In this document: positions 62,484 to 64,000 of the stretch, in pieces
Position numbering within the stretch: position 1 is the first letter of the stretch
Layout of the letters: every line of letters begins with the position of its first letter
Origin: a virus
Lineage: Duplodnaviria > Caudoviricetes
IMG/VR virus record: IMGVR_UViG_3300037512_001279
Coordinates: 32,001-96,000 of that record
DNA: 64,000 nucleotides
Direction: 5' to 3' (one strand)
The notes under the pieces: generated by a model
Told to the model about the DNA's origin: nothing
The model's database searches: none
The model's input: only the letters and a program-made list of their open reading frames with translations
Program-made: the position numbers and the translations under genes

Positions 62484-62771
62484 AAAATTTTTGCGACCAA
62501 AAACAAGACTTATGGGGAAATTTATTTATGTCCCAGAAGTACATTCTCCATTTTTTATTCAGTTTTAGTGTTTTTGTTGGATAACAAAAAAGATTTGACT
62601 AATTCTTGAATTTTGATATTATAGAATTAGGCATGGCTCTTTTGAGTTATGTCCAACGTGGGGGCTTCCAGGAGGTGTTGGCGCACCGTTGATCGGAAGC
62701 TCTTCTCATATGTCTTGTTTCAATTCTTCTTTATTATACCATCATCACCACCTTCCGTCATTAGACAAGTA

Positions 62772-62783
62772 GAACAAATGTTC
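62772..62783. promoter_or_regulatory. Firmicute LexA/DinR (SOS) box
   Basis: GAAC-AAAT-GTTC in the divergent intergenic region. Confidence 0.7.
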
Positions 62784-62828
62784 GAATATAATTTCGTTAA
62801 TAATTTTAGTTCCGTTTTTTATTGAGTC

Positions 62829-62875
62829 CTGTTTATGGAAAATTATTGACAATTTATTTCCATAACAGTTATAAT
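62829..62875 (+). promoter_or_regulatory. Promoter with an overlapping inverted-repeat operator
   Basis: TTGACA (62846)-N18-TATAAT (62870); ctgtttatggaaa...tttccataacag imperfect inverted repeat. Confidence 0.65.
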
Positions 62876-62967
62876 TGTGCCATACCACTTTGTCTCTTTA
62901 AAGTGTTAGTTTGTCGCATTTTAAATTACTTTCTGATACGAACTTACTCAAACTTGGAGGATATAAG

Positions 62968-63543
62968 ATGCTAACACAAAAGGAACAAATACTTGAATTA
63001 AAGGTAATGAGAGAAGAAAAAGAACTTACTATCCATAATATCTGCGAACTAATTGAGAAATCAGGTAAACAACTTTCCAAGAGTTGCGTAGCTAAAATAT
63101 TTCAGGATGGATCAGAAAATCATAGTTTTAGACAAGATTCAATAAAAATCATTAAAGATGCAATTTCGGACGAAACTTCCGTTGCGAATGAACGAATTAA
63201 AACAATTAGAGAACAACATCAAAAAGAAATAGAATATCTTAAAAATTCCATTGCAGACCTGGAAAACAAAATAGAACATGAGAAACGCAAGGCCGACGAG
63301 CGCGTAGAACGAGAACGCAAACATGCCGAAAGCGAACGAGAACAATTCAATTTGCGTATACAACAATTGAATGATCATATCAAATTCCTTGCCGGACAGA
63401 TAAATATAAAAGACGGCAGGATGGATCAAAAGGATAAGCGTTATGACAGATTGTTTGAACGTTTTGATAAAAAGGAAGAAGGTTTTGATAAATTAATAGA
63501 ACAATTTCTTAACAGGTGTGAAAACTGTAGTATTAAGAAATAG
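62968..63543 (+). CDS. Putative HTH regulator with coiled-coil C-terminus
   Basis: XRE-like N-terminus (LT.HNI...G.QLSKS.VAKIF..GSE); RBS GGAGG before ATG 62968; divergent from the early operon. Confidence 0.6.
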   Translation: MLTQKEQILELKVMREEKELTIHNICELIEKSGKQLSKSCVAKIFQDGSENHSFRQDSIKIIKDAISDETSVANERIKTIREQHQKEIEYLKNSIADLENKIEHEKRKADERVERERKHAESEREQFNLRIQQLNDHIKFLAGQINIKDGRMDQKDKRYDRLFERFDKKEEGFDKLIEQFLNRCENCSIKK

Positions 63544-63570
63544 GGAAGGCAGACAAAGCCTTTCCTATTT

Positions 63571-64000
63571 TTAAAATATTGAAGATGATATTAATTGCGC
63601 AGCCATAACTTTATCATCAATACTACTATCGTCAAGATAAATTTCAGTTGTATCAGGCCTTTCATGACCCATTAGTTGTTTTACCAAGTGTAAATTACCT
63701 GTCTTATTAATCATAATATTTCCAAAAGCAGCACGAAGCTTATGTGGACTAATTTCATATCCCAATGCATCATACGCATATTTTCTAACAATTTTTGATA
63801 TTGAAGAAGAAGTAATTCTAGTTCTTGTAGAAGATATAAATAATGCATCCGTTTTATTGTATCCAATCAAAAATACTTCTCTGTGATAAATCCATTCCTG
63901 TATAGCAATGATTAATTTATCACTTAATGCATATACATGTGTTTTATGGCCCTTATCAATTATAGTTATAGTTTTATCTTCAAAATTTACATCTTCCACA
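63571..64000 (-). CDS. XerC/D-like tyrosine recombinase (C-terminal part; start is outside the window)
   Basis: DKG.K, SPHKLR, LMGH...TTEIY. Confidence 0.88.
   Translation of the reverse strand, partial: VEDVNFEDKTITIIDKGHKTHVYALSDKLIIAIQEWIYHREVFLIGYNKTDALFISSTRTRITSSSISKIVRKYAYDALGYEISPHKLRAAFGNIMINKTGNLHLVKQLMGHERPDTTEIYLDDSSIDDKVMAAQLISSSIF

Noticed and set aside
1-64000. CRISPR array or alternative genetic code
   Set aside because: No regularly spaced repeats were seen. Genes read intact in the standard code, and the ORF breaks are explained by introns.

Overview
A 64-kb segment of a large, AT-rich temperate siphophage, probably infecting a spore-forming anaerobic Firmicute (Lachnospiraceae/Clostridia-like, inferred from gene content, a DinR/LexA box and a class III RNR). 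The + strand (1-30.5 kb) holds tail, lysis and baseplate/receptor-binding genes. An intact attP-like site (tRNA 3' fragment plus arm repeats) and a tyrosine integrase sit at about 30.8-32.2 kb. The - strand (32-62.5 kb) holds nucleotide metabolism, accessory and replication genes plus a SigH-like sigma factor. The ORF track fragments three essential genes because of four group I introns whose splice sites can be read from the sequence: two in the tape measure gene, one with an HNH gene in nrdD (which also carries a LAGLIDADG intein), and one in dnaE. The most unusual element is tape-measure intron 2 (13320-14874). It has no homing endonuclease. Instead it carries independently transcribed antisense cargo: a type I toxin-antitoxin-like module in its P1 loop and two Zn-ribbon membrane-protein genes between the two P7 strands, with the catalytic P7 3' strand doubling as their -35 promoter box. 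The second candidate novel system is an operon with a macrodomain, a radical SAM/SPASM enzyme and three proteins sharing an N-terminal MK(I/Y)RxDFVTNSSSSSF tag, ending in a tRNA-like RNA. Also present: a TnpB-only IS interrupting a small gene, a BglII-like/MT-A70 R-M pair, a cysteine desulfurase and a bistable structured leader RNA. All calls come from manual reading; no database searches were run.
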